Part shown: in pieces, positions 25,197-37,547 of the stretch
Numbering within the stretch: the first letter of the stretch is position 1
Layout of the letters: every line of letters begins with the position of its first letter
Assembly (NCBI GenBank): GCA_034780895.1
Contig: JAUZTB010000107.1
Location: forward strand, 79,784,162 to 79,848,161
Source: Rhynchobatus australiae
Lineage: Eukaryota
Reading direction: 5' to 3'
Length of the DNA: 64,000 bases
The notes under the pieces: model-generated
The model's database searches: none
What the model saw: the letters and a program-made list of their open reading frames with translations, nothing else
What the model was told of the DNA's origin: nothing
Program-made: the position numbers and the translations under genes

Positions 25197-27359
25197 TTCA
25201 GTGAAACATTGTATTTTTACTATTTATCCATCTATTCCATGATTTGTTGTTTTAAATATTTTCAATTCAGATGTAGAGAAAATGGGGAAGTGGAACTAAT
25301 TGTTTCAGTGCAATTTCTGAATATTTATGTTTAAATAGTGCTCTTAAAGCAACAAGACATAGGTATCAATAACTGCATGGGGATATTTTCAGATCCATTG
25401 GAAAAAGGGAAACAAGTGAGAGTAACTGGAAAGCTCTTTGGGAGAACTGACACAGGGAATATGGGCTAAATATATCATTCTATGATAATAACTAACTTTT
25501 AATATCAAACAATGTGTCCTATTATGCAGCTGATAAACCTGCAATAACTACATCAGACATCTATTTCATCATATGTAATGATGTACGAAGAAGCAACAGC
25601 TCATCTGCTTGCACACAGATGAATCCAAGTTTATTGAACTTAAATCCATCTCTAGATTAAGTCTGTTGTCTACATCGTCCAAGGATGTCAAGTGAAATGC
25701 ATGTTTGATACATGTCTCATTCCAGCTTGATAGTATTTTAGCTGCAGACTTGGCCTCAGCCACACAACCAATATGTTGTGAAGATGAAGGAAACATGGAT
25801 GCCCTTGCATCCAGGCCTATGGTGGAAATCAGACTNNNNNNNNNNNNNNNNNNNNNNNNNNNNNNNNNNNNNNNNNNNNNNNNNNNNNNNNNNNNNNNNN
25901 NNNNNNNNNNNNNNNNNNNNNNNNNNNNNNNNNNNNNNNNNNNNNNNNNNNNNNNNNNNNNNNNNNNNNNNNNNNNNNNNNNNNNNNNNNNNNNNNNNNN
26001 NNNNNNNNNNNNNNNNNNNNNNNNNNNNNNNNNNNNNNNNNNNNNNNNNNNNNNNNNNNNNNNNNNNNNNNNNNNNNNNNNNNNNNNNNNNNNNNNNNNN
26101 NNNNNNNNNNNNNNNNNNNNNNNNNNNNNNNNNNNNNNNNNNNNNNNNNNNNNNNNNNNNNNNNNNNNNNNNNNNNNNNNNNNNNNNNNNNNNNNNNNNN
26201 NNNNNNNNNNNNNNNNNNNNNNNNNNNNNNNNNNNNNNNNNNNNNNNNNNNNNNNNNNNNNNNNNNNNNNNNNNNNNNNNNNNNNNNNNNNNNNNNNNNN
26301 NNNNNNNNNNNNNNNNNNNNNNNNNNNNNNNNNNNNNNNNNNNNNNNNNNNNNNNNNNNNNNNNNNNNNNNNNNNNNNNNNNNNNNNNNNNNNNNNNNNN
26401 NNNNNNNNNNNNNNNNNNNNNNNNNNNNNNNNNNNNNNNNNNNNNNNNNNNNNNNNNNNNNTAACACTGTCCAAACTGGGCCATCCACCCCCAGAGTTGC
26501 TCTCAGTCACCATTCACAGGTCTCTGTAAATTCCTCTGTTCTAGAGGAGGAACCATCTGTGAGTTTAGCTGAAGCTGCTGAGGGACCATGTGTAGAAGTA
26601 ATAGGACAGGCAGGCTCAGTCATAAGACAGACACTCTTGGAATGAATTAGTCAGTGATTGCTTGGTTTTGATCTTGATTGAAAGTTTGAAAGTGTGTGAT
26701 ACCACTCATTGCAATGGAGAATGGTAAGAAACCATTTTCCTATCTTGCTGCCATAATTATAGTGAGGAAATTCTAACATTGTTATGGGGATAGCCATTTT
26801 TGAAAACAGCAGACATTCAAAGTATTGCAAATATGATGGCTCACATTGCCCAATGGCATTGATAGTGTGGCGGACTGCTATGTGCTGACTGGGAACATGC
26901 ATTCTTTACTGTCTTTGGAGCTAAACTCAGGGGGATATGCAGCGAATTCACAAGTATATTTGGAGAAACCTCTCTCATTGTAGGTAGCTGTCTGGCGTTG
27001 TGAAGTAGGAGTTGAGTCCCTCACTGTACAGCACCTGCAACCTCCAACATGCTCAAACAGAAAATGCTAGTCCCTAATAATTTCCTGGTCAATAGGGTGT
27101 CACTCTTGGGGGAATGGGGAATGAACATGGTAGTGCAGTTGACTCTCAAAGGGAAATATTGAGAACTCCACATGATTCTGATAGTTATTGACAGGTACAA
27201 GAATAGTATGCTACAACTTGCCACTTATATTCCAGTTCCAAATAGTGTAATTTGGAAGTAGACCACCTCCATATTTATGTCATGAGCTAAACTTTAAGTA
27301 AAATGCAGGGCTGTAAGACACTATCTTTCAGAGCTTCCACCATGGCCTGCACCTTCTTA

Positions 27360-27620
27360 ACTCTTTCTTTATCTTCTTGTTCTATATCTCCCTCCTCCAT
27401 TTCTTCCTTCTCATTCCCTTCACTCCCTCTCCTGCCTCCTCTTCCCTTCTCCTCCTCCTTCCCCTCTCCTCTTCCTCTCTGCTGCTCTCCTCTCCCCCTC
27501 CTCCCTTTTCTGCATCTTTTCTCCTCTCCTCGTCCCTCCTCCCTACTCCTCATTTTTTTCACATCTTTTTCCTCCTCTCTTCTCTTTGTTTCTCCTCCTC
27601 CTCCTTTCTTCTTCCCCTCT
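27360..27620 (+). repeat. Polypyrimidine low-complexity tract (CCT/CT-rich), running into a gap
   Basis: Nearly pure C/T. It accounts for the spurious E/G/R-rich and S/P/L-rich ORFs here. Confidence 0.9.
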
Positions 27621-27661
27621 NNNNNNNNNNNNNNNNNNNNNNNNNNNNNNNNNNNNNNNNN

Positions 27662-28130
27662 GACTGTTAGCCCACCGTGGCCATCCAATCATCAAGTTGC
27701 AGCCTTCAATGCCATGATCTTTCAATTGCTTGACTAAATACTTCTTAAATGTTGTGAGATTACCTGCCTTCTCCATTCCATCAGTTAGTGTGTACCACAT
27801 TTCAATCATCCTCTGATGAAAAAATCCTCCTTCAGATCTAAATCTCCTGCTACATACCCTACTTGTATCCCTCTGGTTATAGACAACTCCGCTAAGGGGA
27901 AAATCTTTCTCACTTCCTATTGTATCTATGCCCCTCATAATTTTGTGTACCTCAATCAAGTTTTCCCTCAGTCTTCTCTGTTCCAAGGAAAACAAATCTA
28001 GCCTACCCATAGCTGAACACTCCATCCCAGGGAACATCCTAGTGAATCTTCTCTGCAGCCTCTCCAGCACAATTACATCTTTCCTATAACTGTGGTGACC
28101 TGCACTGTACACAGTACTCCAGTACTCAAC
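27662..28130 (-). mobile_element. CR1 LINE 3' fragment
   Basis: YRKDVIVLERLQRRFTRMFPGM…LDLFSLEQRRLRENLIEVHKIMRGID. Confidence 0.92.
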
Positions 28131-28279
28131 TATTTTGACATTTTCCATAAAGGTCCTGTTGTTGCAGATTTGCTTCATTGACAANNNNNNNNNNNNNNNN
28201 NNNNNNNNNNNNNNNNNNNNNNNNNNNNNNNNNNNNNNNNNNNNNNNNNNNNNNNNNNNNNNNNNNNNGCCTCATTGAA

Positions 28280-28900
28280 CAAGTCTTGCAAGCTGTTGAC
28301 CAGGATAGTTTTTGTAGGTGACCAGATATCAGCTGAACATTCAAGGACTAATAGTATTTGCTTTTCACAAAGATGTCCTACATGGGAAGCCTCCAATATG
28401 GATAAATGCACAGGACTGATATAATTGTTGCCTTCCATTCAAGGTGAAGAAGATCAATTTACCTCTTCTTAAGACTGTGCTCATCTCTGACTATTGGTTC
28501 TAAAGATTACCGTAGTGACCACCATGAATGGTCAGGCGATCTCTGACTTCCAAGTATGCACATTGAAACACAGAAGTCAGAGACTGAACATCTGACCTCC
28601 CACTCTGCCACTCAGTTCGAGCCTTTGACAGAACCAAGCTGTGAAAAGGCTGTCAGGGCATTCTGGAGGCATGGCCTCAGGATCTGCCACCTGAGACATT
28701 GTTGTCACATGCAGATGGTCTCCCTCATGGAACAACCTACAGGTATGGAGGGTCAGCTCACGTGAACCTCTGTATCCATATCAGGTTTGTGCAAATGGGC
28801 AATAAGATCAGTCAGCGGGCTAGATCCAGTAAAATCCACCCCAATATCTGTGATGAATGTTGCAGATTGAGAAATGTCACCTAAATCAGCTGCCATCACC
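28280..28900 (+). mobile_element. Old RTE-clade LINE 3' remnant (tentative)
   Basis: A degenerate 'H..xM.DGLP….YG' RTE-like C-terminal pattern near 28700-28750. Confidence 0.4.
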
Positions 28901-31900
28901 TGGAGTGATCTGGAGGCCTGAACATCTAGGTGACAGTTACCATGTCTCTAGGCAAAGGAGTCCAAGCATAAGTGTGCAGCATATATCTGCCAGCATGACC
29001 TTTGGAAATCTCAGTTTCTAGATGATTTGCTGCTCATCAGCTGGAGTTAAAAGTATTGCTCCTGGAAGATCCTGAGGAGAATAGACTCTCCAGGCCAGTG
29101 CCCTTCTTTAATCTTCACCTTTGGCCTCCAGAGCAAGAGAAGCTTTGCTTTGGCCTCTTTCCACCATCCCCTGGTTATGCAGGTGGACCATCACTGAGGC
29201 GTCCATATTCTAATTAACAAAAGGCAATCTTCACCTCACTAAAAGTCACTGCCAGGTTTCCAGCAATTGTCTTCAGGCATTTTCGACAAAATGAGCTTGT
29301 CTAATTGACTTCCCAACAAACCTACAAGTAATTAATGATCCCTCAGAATAGTGCAGTTGCAGAAATTGTCCTTGCTGTTCATATCTACGTTCCTGTGCTT
29401 GCCTCACACTGTATCCAAGTTGCACATATGTGTGTCAGTTTTCCAGGGAATGTATCATTTGGGGATTGTATAGGATTGATGTCACCTCTTTACGTTGTAT
29501 GTGCTTCATCCAGGAGTATGTATTATGCATGGAAATGCATGATTAAATATTGAATTGTGCAGTACATACACAAGGGTGTGTGCGGGAATTTAAATGAGAT
29601 CACTTTCAGAGAGCACATTAAGCATCAGTAACATTAGATGGAAAATTGACAGTGCATGACCCTCAGCTCCTAGGCAGTCTCAATTGAACAGATTATATAT
29701 CTTATTATATGCATGTATGTCTTTAATATGTGACACCTGGGAGAGGGCTCCTCATTCTGTTTGTCTCTGTTTGCACACCAGTGATTGTGTTACATTGAAA
29801 TTCAGTTGCACATGTTAAATACAAGCAATGTATTTCCTGATCTGCTGACGAGAAATCTACAAAGTACTAAAAACATAAAAAACATAAAAACATAAATCAC
29901 AACAAGTAAAGGAAAGCAACATCAAATGCTGTTTCATCACAAGATAGTCAAAAAATGCAACCAAAAAGGAGAGAATAAGTACTGGCATTAAACATGATTT
30001 TTGCTTTCAGCCACTGGTGTGTAAAAACAACAAACTTAATTACAGAGAACTAAAATATCTAGCATTTATTACAAATAATAATAGATAGAGAGACTAAATT
30101 CATGGCTGTGATCTTATCACAGAATCCTGATGAGTTTCATTAAACTCTTTGAGCTTTGCTCTTGTGGTTTATGATGCTTTCTGTTCCCTTTGATTGGATT
30201 ACGGCCATGTAATTACTTTCTGCTTTCTATTGTTTTTAAATATACAATTTATATTATTCTGTTGTAAATAATGTCTTTCTTTTACTGTCTGTGAGCTTTA
30301 TTCTGCATTAATGACAACTTGAAAATATTTCATTCTTTAGTTCAGATTCCGTTTTAGTGTCACCTTTAATTACAGTGAGATGTAGAGTGATTATCCTATT
30401 TAGGTAATTGTGTAAATTTGAAAACAATTTATTAGGGAGATATGAGCAAGTTAGACTTNNNNNNNNNNNNNNNNNNNNNNNNNNNNNNNNNNNNNNNNNN
30501 NNNNNNNNNNNNNNNNNNNNNNNNNNNNNNNNNNNNNNNNNNNNNNNNNNNNNNNNNNNNNNNNNNNNNNNNNNNNNNNNNNNNNNNNNNNNNNNNNNNN
30601 NNNNNNNNNNNNNNNNNNNNNNNNNNNNNNNNNNNNNNNNNNNNNNNNNNNNNNNNNNNNNNNNNNNNNNNNNNNNNNNNNNNNNNNNNNNNNNNNNNNN
30701 NNNNNNNNNNNNNNNNNNNNNNNNNNNNNNNNNNNNNNNNNNNNNNNNNNNNNNNNNNNNNNNNNNNNNNNNNNNNNNNNNNNNNNNNNNNNNNNNNNNN
30801 NNNNNNNNNNNNNNNNNNNNNNNNNNNNNNNNNNNNNNNNNNNNNNNNNNNNNNNNNNNNNNNNNNNNNNNNNNNNNNNNNNNNNNNNNNNNNNNNNNNN
30901 NNNNNNNNNNNNNNNNNNNNNNNNNNNNNNNNNNNNNNNNNNNNNNNNNNNNNNNNNNNNNNNNNNNNNNNNNNNNNNNNNNNNNNNNNNNNNNNNNNNN
31001 NNNNNNNNNNNNNNNNNNNNNNNNNNNNNNNNNNNNNNNNNNNNNNNNNNNNNNNNNNNNNNNNNNNNNNNNNNNNNNNNNNNNNNNNNNNNNNNNNNNN
31101 NNNNNNNNNNNNNNNNNNNNNNNNNNNTGATCAGATGACAATATTTTTGGTATCATCCCAGACTCCTAAAGTCAATGATTTCTTTATGATAATAATAGAT
31201 TGTAAAAGTTACAAGAACTGTTTGTTCTTGTGTGGAGCATTTAATGTAATGAAGTGTCCCAAAGTGCTTTCTGGATGAACAAGAGAATTTTGCTTTTACA
31301 TCTGTTTACATGTTTTCTTATTTCAATATTCAATACAATGGAGAGTCTATGAATTTGCATGTATTAATGTCCATGGAATTTAACATCTTCTTAGCATAAA
31401 GTGCTGTACTTCCAGTATAAACTTTTAACACATATTTTCAGTCCTACAGCATATGTACAGATCTACTTCGGGATGAAGTTCACAAGATATTTTAGCCAGT
31501 GAACAGTTTTCGCAGATCTGATTTTCACTGGTCATTTTATATTTTGGCCTAGTTGAGATGTAGTGTTGTGGTGCATCCTCTGTTTGCTTTCCATTGACAT
31601 CAGTTCCCTGAACTCCTGCTGTGGATTAAGCCTGTTCCTGTCTTCAACTGATAGGATCTAGATTGTGAAACCTATTTATTACCGTAGCTTTCTACCACCT
31701 TTATTGTCGGTGTTGTGATTGAATTCTTGTCACCTAGATTAAGGGTGATAGTCCCTTGCATGTCCTACTGTAGAAGAGAGCTTGCTTTTCCTTCACTGTC
31801 TTCCTTCAACTGGAATTTTAGACTCCAGCAACCTTGAAGCTGTTGGCAGTACTTTTCTGGTTCATTGGTTCATCAGGCTCTAGGCTAGGGCTGACATATT

Positions 31901-32291
31901 CCAAATGTAAGAAACTGAAGAATGCATCTGTGAGAAGTAACTTGGCTGATTTTACAGCATCCTCTGCCTTTTCACAAACTTTGATATGTCATCTGCACCA
32001 AATGTGTGATAATGTTGGTTTCAACCTTGTCTGAAATACTGTAACTTGCAAACTGAGACTTCAGCTTGTGAATAACGGCTTATGTATAAGCCTATGCGTA
32101 AACATGAGGTGCTGAGTAAACCCAAGGTTTATTCATCAACTCATGTTTACACATAGGATTCTTCGATTGCTTTTCATCCACAGATCTGCAANNNNNNNNN
32201 NNNNNNNNNNNNNNNNNNNNNNNNNNNNNNNNNNNNNNNNNNNNNNNNNNNNNNNNNNNNNNNNNNNNNNNNNNNNNNNNNNNNNNNNNNN

Positions 32292-32350
32292 TGTGAGGTG
32301 TGGTTTGATGGGCGGCACAACATGGTGGGCCGAAGGGCCTGTATTGTGCT
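32292..32350 (+). mobile_element. CR1 3' tail emerging from a gap
   Basis: 'ggcacaacatggtgggccgaagggcctgtattgtgctgtattgttctat'; it is the reverse complement of the tail at ~32737-32790. Confidence 0.75.
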
Positions 32351-32371
32351 GTATTGTTCTATGGTTCTGTG

Positions 32372-32736
32372 GAACATGCACCATTCTACATTGGGAGATT
32401 GGTGGTGGAGCGGGTCAGCAGCTTTAAATTATTGGGCATTAACATATCGGATGACCTGTCCTGGGCTCAGCACATAGATGCAATCACAAGGAAGGAGCCC
32501 CAGCGTCTTTACTTTCTGAGAAGGTTAAGGAGGTTCAGCATGTCACTGAACACTAACAGTCTTCTACAGATGTACTGTTGAAAGTACCCTGACTGGTTGC
32601 ATTATGGTCTGGTACAGCAATTCAAATGTGCAGGAATGTAAGAAGAGCCCAATGCATCACAGGCACATCCCTCCCCACCATGGGTAGTATCTACATGAGA
32701 CACTGCCTCAAGAAGGCAACATCTATCATTAAGGAT
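32372..32736 (+). mobile_element. Rex1/Babar LINE ORF fragment
   Basis: VERVSSFKLLGINISDDLSWAQHIDAITRK..QRLYFLRRLRRF and ITGTSLPTMGSIYMRHCLKKATSIIKD. It is cut at 32736 by a CR1. Confidence 0.88.
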
Positions 32737-33635
32737 CATAGAACACTACAGCACAGTACAAGCCCTTCAGCCCACAATATTGTGCCAACCTTTTATCCTG
32801 CTCTACGATCTATCTAACCCTTCCCTCCCATTTCTCTAACATTCATGTGTCCATCTAAGAGTTTCTTAAATGTCCCTAAAGTATCTGCCCCCACAACCTC
32901 TGCCGGCAGTGTGTTCCACGCACCCACCACACTCTGTGTAAAAACTTACACAGAGTGTAAGTAAAAACTTACCCTTATATCTTCCTCCAGTCACCTAAAA
33001 ATCCTCCGTCTCATGTTAGCCACTTTCACCCTGGGAAAAAGTCTCTGACTGTCCACTCGATCTGTGCCTCTTATCATCTTGTACACCTCTATCAAGTCAT
33101 GTCTCATCCTCCTCCTCGCCAAAGAGAAAAGCCCTAGCTCACTCAACCTATCCTCATAAGATGTGCTCTCCAATCTGGGCAGCATCATGGTAAATCTCCA
33201 CTGCACCCTCTCTAAAGCTTTCACATTCTTCCTATAATTAAGCAACCAGAACTGAACACAATATTCCAAGCATGGTCTAACATTACTTCTTAAACTCAAT
33301 ACCCTGACTAATGAAGGCTAACACACCATATGCCTTCTTAACAACCCTATCAACTTCCATGGTAACCTTGAGGGATCTATGGACATGGACCCTAAGATCC
33401 CTCTGTTCCTCCACACCGCTAAGAGTCCTGCCATTAACCTTGTAGTCTTCCTTCAGATTCGATCTCCCAAAGTGCATCACTTCACACTTTCTGGGTTGAA
33501 CTCTATCTGCTACTTCTAAGCCCAGCTCTGCTATTCTATCAATATCCTACTGTAATCTACAACACCACCAATGTTCATGTCATCAGCAGACTTACTAACC
33601 CACCCTTCCACATCCTCATCCAAGTCTGTTTTATA
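32737..33635 (-). mobile_element. Relatively young 5'-truncated CR1 LINE
   Basis: HFGRSN…EEQRDLRVHVHRSLK…VDRVVKKAYGVLAFI and VRPCLEYCVQFW…LERVQWRFT…LFSLARRRMRHDLIEVYKMIRG. Confidence 0.93.
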
Positions 33636-33893
33636 TATAGTATGGCGACTTACCATTCACAAACCAGCTCCCACAATCGCGCGTGTCGTCGGAGGCCCCG
33701 ACACAAGATGGCGCGGGGCACTCCTTCTTCGTTGGGCTAGTGGAGCCCATGCGCAGGAGAGTCACGTGACTTGCGTGTGACATCAGCACAGGAACTGTGT
33801 TTATTAAAGGGGCAGCGCACCCCAGTCGTTCATTCAACTCTTGGACTTCAAACAAGTGTCTCGTGTCTTTATTCAGTGTAGCTAGCCGCTACA
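33636..33893 (+). mobile_element. Solo LTR (Gypsy-like), CpG-rich
   Basis: About 258 bp with termini TATAG… (degenerate TGTAG) and …GCTACA, in a TA-rich context. Contains ATTAAA, and CpG density is far above the flanks. Confidence 0.65.
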
Positions 33894-34179
33894 ATATCTT
33901 CATTGGATAATGGTTTATTTTCAGAGCCTCATTCAGATCATATGAATCGAAACTTATTCTCAAGCTCATCCATGTACATCAAGCTTGATACCCAAGAGTG
34001 TCCACTGCCATGATGACCTCTGCCTTTGTCAGTCATTCATGTTTCAAGCTTTAAGTTCTTTCTTTGACAGCAACTGTAAAAGATCTTGGAGAATGTCCTA
34101 CCATTTATTTACTCTCATTTAGCTCCAGATGAGTGTTCTTCACTGTGAGCCAATGGCAACTTCTGTGGACCCTAAATGT

Positions 34180-34610
34180 GGCTTGGGAGTTGGAGCATGG
34201 CAAGAAATGTGAGCAGGCTTTCAGATGGAGGGCCAGAAATGGGGACAGGTGTGTGGGAGTGTAGCCGAGAATGGAGCCAGGTGTCTGGACGCAGAATGGC
34301 CAAGACCAGGCCAAGGTGTGTGAACAGATCATGGCCAAGGCTGGGGCTGGGTGTGTGGATGGAGCATTGCCAGTTGTATAAATTGAGTGTGGCAAATGGA
34401 ACCAGATGTGTGAATGAGGTATTGCCAAGAAGGGGATCAGACGTGTGGATGGAGTGTCTCTAAGAATTGAGTCAGGTGTGCAAACAAAGTGTGGTGAAGT
34501 ACAGGACCAAGTGTGTAGATGGAACACCTCGGGGAATGGGAACAAGTGTATAATCAGGCTTGGGAGCTGGAGACCAGTGCGTGACCGGAATATGGGCAGG
34601 TGTGCCGAGA
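34180..34610 (+). repeat. Degenerate G-rich minisatellite, unit ~33 bp
   Basis: Recurring '(aag)aatgg(a/g)gccaggtgtgtggatggagcatggcc'-like unit, roughly a dozen diverged copies. Confidence 0.7.
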
Positions 34611-35599
34611 TGGTAGAGACGTAAGAGCTGAAGGGAAGGGAAGGAGGAGGTCAGAAAGCAAAGTGGAAGGGTAAAGTTCAAAGTGAAGTGGTTGAGGACA
34701 AGGAGTGTAAGGCGTAAAAGAAACTCTGGGTGAGAGAGTAGGTGGGAGGGAAGAGGAGCAAGGCCACAGCCCCTACACTGTCCACCAGTAAGTACATTTA
34801 AGTACATTTACACTTAGTGCATAATAACAGCAATATTGCTCTTAAAAAGTTTCCTTGCATACATGTCTTTAATTTCATACATTTTTTGTTTTTATTGTAC
34901 AAGCACTCTTTGTTGTAGTAACACAGGTTCCTCTGTAAAGTTGCATCATTAACAAGTGGTAAGCAATATATTAATTCAGTAGTTAATGTAGCTCTCATAT
35001 TGAAGGTTTTCTGCCAAGTGGTAATCACTTGAAAGCTAGAGAAGATCTCTGCTCAAAATAGTAATTTTTCTCTATCTTTGCAGGTGCAAACACATACACA
35101 TATTCATCTCACAACAGCTTCTTACTGAGCGTAGGACTTTAATCTGCAGGAGCTTGTACTCTCACCTTTGTATTATTATCAGGACTATTTGCATGGCTCC
35201 TAACGAGTGGCACACTGTTCTCTTCATATGTAACAAGCTATGTAGTATTCCTTTCTATTCTTTGAATTTTTCAGCTTGCATTTGTGTGGTAGTAGTGCAG
35301 TGCAGGGGTGTACATTCTTAGCACTAGAATCTTCAAGCTTCCTTGCAAATTTCTGAAAAGTGATGTATCACTTTACCTTTCATCCTTCTACTTCCAGAGT
35401 AGCAAATATCTGTGTTAGGTACTTGGCCTCCTCCTTATTCTGTCCACTTCCAGTTCCTCTCTGCCTGGATTCAATGTTATGACTTTGATCTCATTCTGTT
35501 CGCTCTCAGATTTATCAGAGGATCTGTGGTCAACTTTTGTGACATGGTAAGCTGGACCCTTGTCCCCTTTCTGAAACTCTTCTTCTTACTGCCAGTCTT

Positions 35600-36330
35600 C
35601 CTGTCTCTCTACTAGGATTTAAAAAATGATTCACATTATTGCATTTGGGAAATTCCTTTCCAGAAGCTGAGCATCCTTCCTTCTGCCATTCATGCGGTCT
35701 GCCACAATATTTGCAGAAGTTAAACTGTTACTGTTTTTTCATTCTGCTTCTGTTTGACCACATGGATCGAACTAACTTTGTTGTCCGCCATCAGACTTGT
35801 CAACTCTAGTTTTTGACAACTCCAAGGCCCTGCAAGATTTGACATATTTTGCCAGCTCTAGGTCTGCTTCATTCGACAGATGCTACCGCAACCCTACATC
35901 CAGAATTCTGTTTGTGATCCTGCTATGGATCAATGAATCCCCGTAGTTTCTCTACATACAAATTGCAACCAGCCACTTCAGTCCAGTCATGTATGTATTG
36001 AATGCCTCCCTGTTTGCTTAACATGCTCTAAGATACTTGAATCTGTCCACCATCTCATCATTTGGAGGGTTCTAATAATTCTCAAAGGTTTTGTCAACCT
36101 TTTCTGTTATCTCAGTATCTTTGATGTTTGTTAGAGCTGTCCATCTCAGTGACCAATTGCATGCAGGAGAATTTTATCTTTTTCCCCCATCTCCTCATTA
36201 TTTATTGCAACTCTTTTTCATTACTTTTATTTCCTTTCACAATCTCCAGGTGCAGCTCCTGAGGTAGCTTTGTCTTATTTATCTTTGAATACAGGTCAGT
36301 GGTGTCCCATCTCTAATGAAAGAGGTCACT
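35600..36330 (-). mobile_element. Decayed Ty3/Gypsy gag remnant
   Basis: The minus strand reads LIHSRITNRILDVGLR*HLSNEADLELAKYVKSCRALELS (~35815-35935) and a zinc knuckle CKYCGRPH…C…GK/KCNNVNHF (~35620-35720). Confidence 0.75.
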
Positions 36331-37404
36331 TGGCTGCATCTCTTATGCTTGGTCTCGTAATGGAGTTAGGCCTGTCTTGAATCCATTGATATTCTGTTCT
36401 AGAAAATCTCTCTCAAACTTCTCCGTGCACTTTCACCTACAGTAATCCATGTAACATTTCTCAAAATCAGTGTTCCAAGTAAAACCATACTTAAAATTGA
36501 TATAAGATGCTAAAACCTTCTTTCTGAGCCAATGGCTTTTCTTTCTTTGAATAAATTATTCTTTGTCAGACTCCATAGGTTTTTGGTGACCCATGTTGTG
36601 AAGTGTCTCTAATCTACTTACAAGCCTCCAATGCAGTCATCCTCTGTCTTGGCAATGCCTGTTGACCTTTAAGTTCTTGCTGCAAACAATTGTTGTGTTA
36701 CCATGGAATAGTGTTTGATGATGTTACTTCTCTGACGTAAAGGAAGTGCAAGGTTTAAAGTATCCCAAAGTACATGTCTGCTCCTTCTCATTCACATGAA
36801 AAATAGAAACCTTTCCATTTTAGACCTCTCTTGTCACCACTGCACTACCACTCACAGCTCAGACTAAGATCATAGATCAAAGTGCACCCCGACTGGCAAT
36901 TGGTTAGTATCCCATCAATGCTTGATTTGCTTATTTAAAAAGCACCCACTAGTCATAGATTGATATTCAATCTAATTTCAGTTTGGTCATATGAAGAGAA
37001 CCTGCCAACTATGGCAACTATGCCAACCTGTATCCTTGTGACCTTCACAAACTGCCTTTGGTCTGATTAAGCCAGTACGTTTCCTGAGTAAAGCTTCTGC
37101 TCCTTTTTAACTATCCTTAAGTTTGGCTTTCTTCAAGTATTGAGGGGTTTGGCTGGTGTAAATGTAAGCAGTTTTTATTAAACTAAACTGCAAATACTAA
37201 TGCATAGGTAAGTGATTCAAATTGGACACTGCAACTTATTTTTGGTGTAGAATGGTGAGCTCCTGAATCAAGCTTTCAATTGTACTTGATAAACAATTGT
37301 GTATTTTCTAAAGGCTATTGAATTACTTAAGGATGTGACCATATCTGTGTGAACCACTTTCTGTGTGAAATAACTTGCCCCTTAGGTCACCTTTAAATCT
37401 TTGC

Positions 37405-37547
37405 GAAGTTGTGTGCATGCTTTGTTGGCGCCGGAAGCATGGTGACACTTGTGGGCTGTCCCCTGAACAGTCTACACAAAAGATGTATTTCACTGTGTGT
37501 TTCGATGGACATATGACTAATAAAGAAATCTTATTTTATCTTGTATC
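37405..37547 (+). mobile_element. 5'-truncated copy of the SINE at 58940-59200
   Basis: 'gcatgctttgttggcgccggaagcatggtgacacttgtgggctg…tttcactgtgtgtttcgatggacatatgactaataaagaaatctta' aligns with 59075-59200. It directly follows a CR1 fragment (~37350-37400). Confidence 0.85.

Noticed and set aside
25569-26529. Long ORFs of 200-314 aa here and at 30308-31278, 44167-44685 and 58358-59051
   Set aside because: They consist almost entirely of X translated from N gaps.
27287-27737. E/G/R/K-rich and S/P/L-rich ORFs
   Set aside because: They are translations of the polypyrimidine low-complexity tract.
29867-29896. (TAAAAACA)-like triple repeat
   Set aside because: Ordinary short slippage repeat.
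34180-34610. Regularly spaced repeats that might suggest a CRISPR array
   Set aside because: The units are degenerate and tandem with no unique spacers, there are no cas genes, and the context is a vertebrate intron.
35060-35130. Strong acceptor-like site (tttttctctatctttgcag|G)
   Set aside because: There is no homologous reading frame downstream, and the flanking exons already join without missing peptide.
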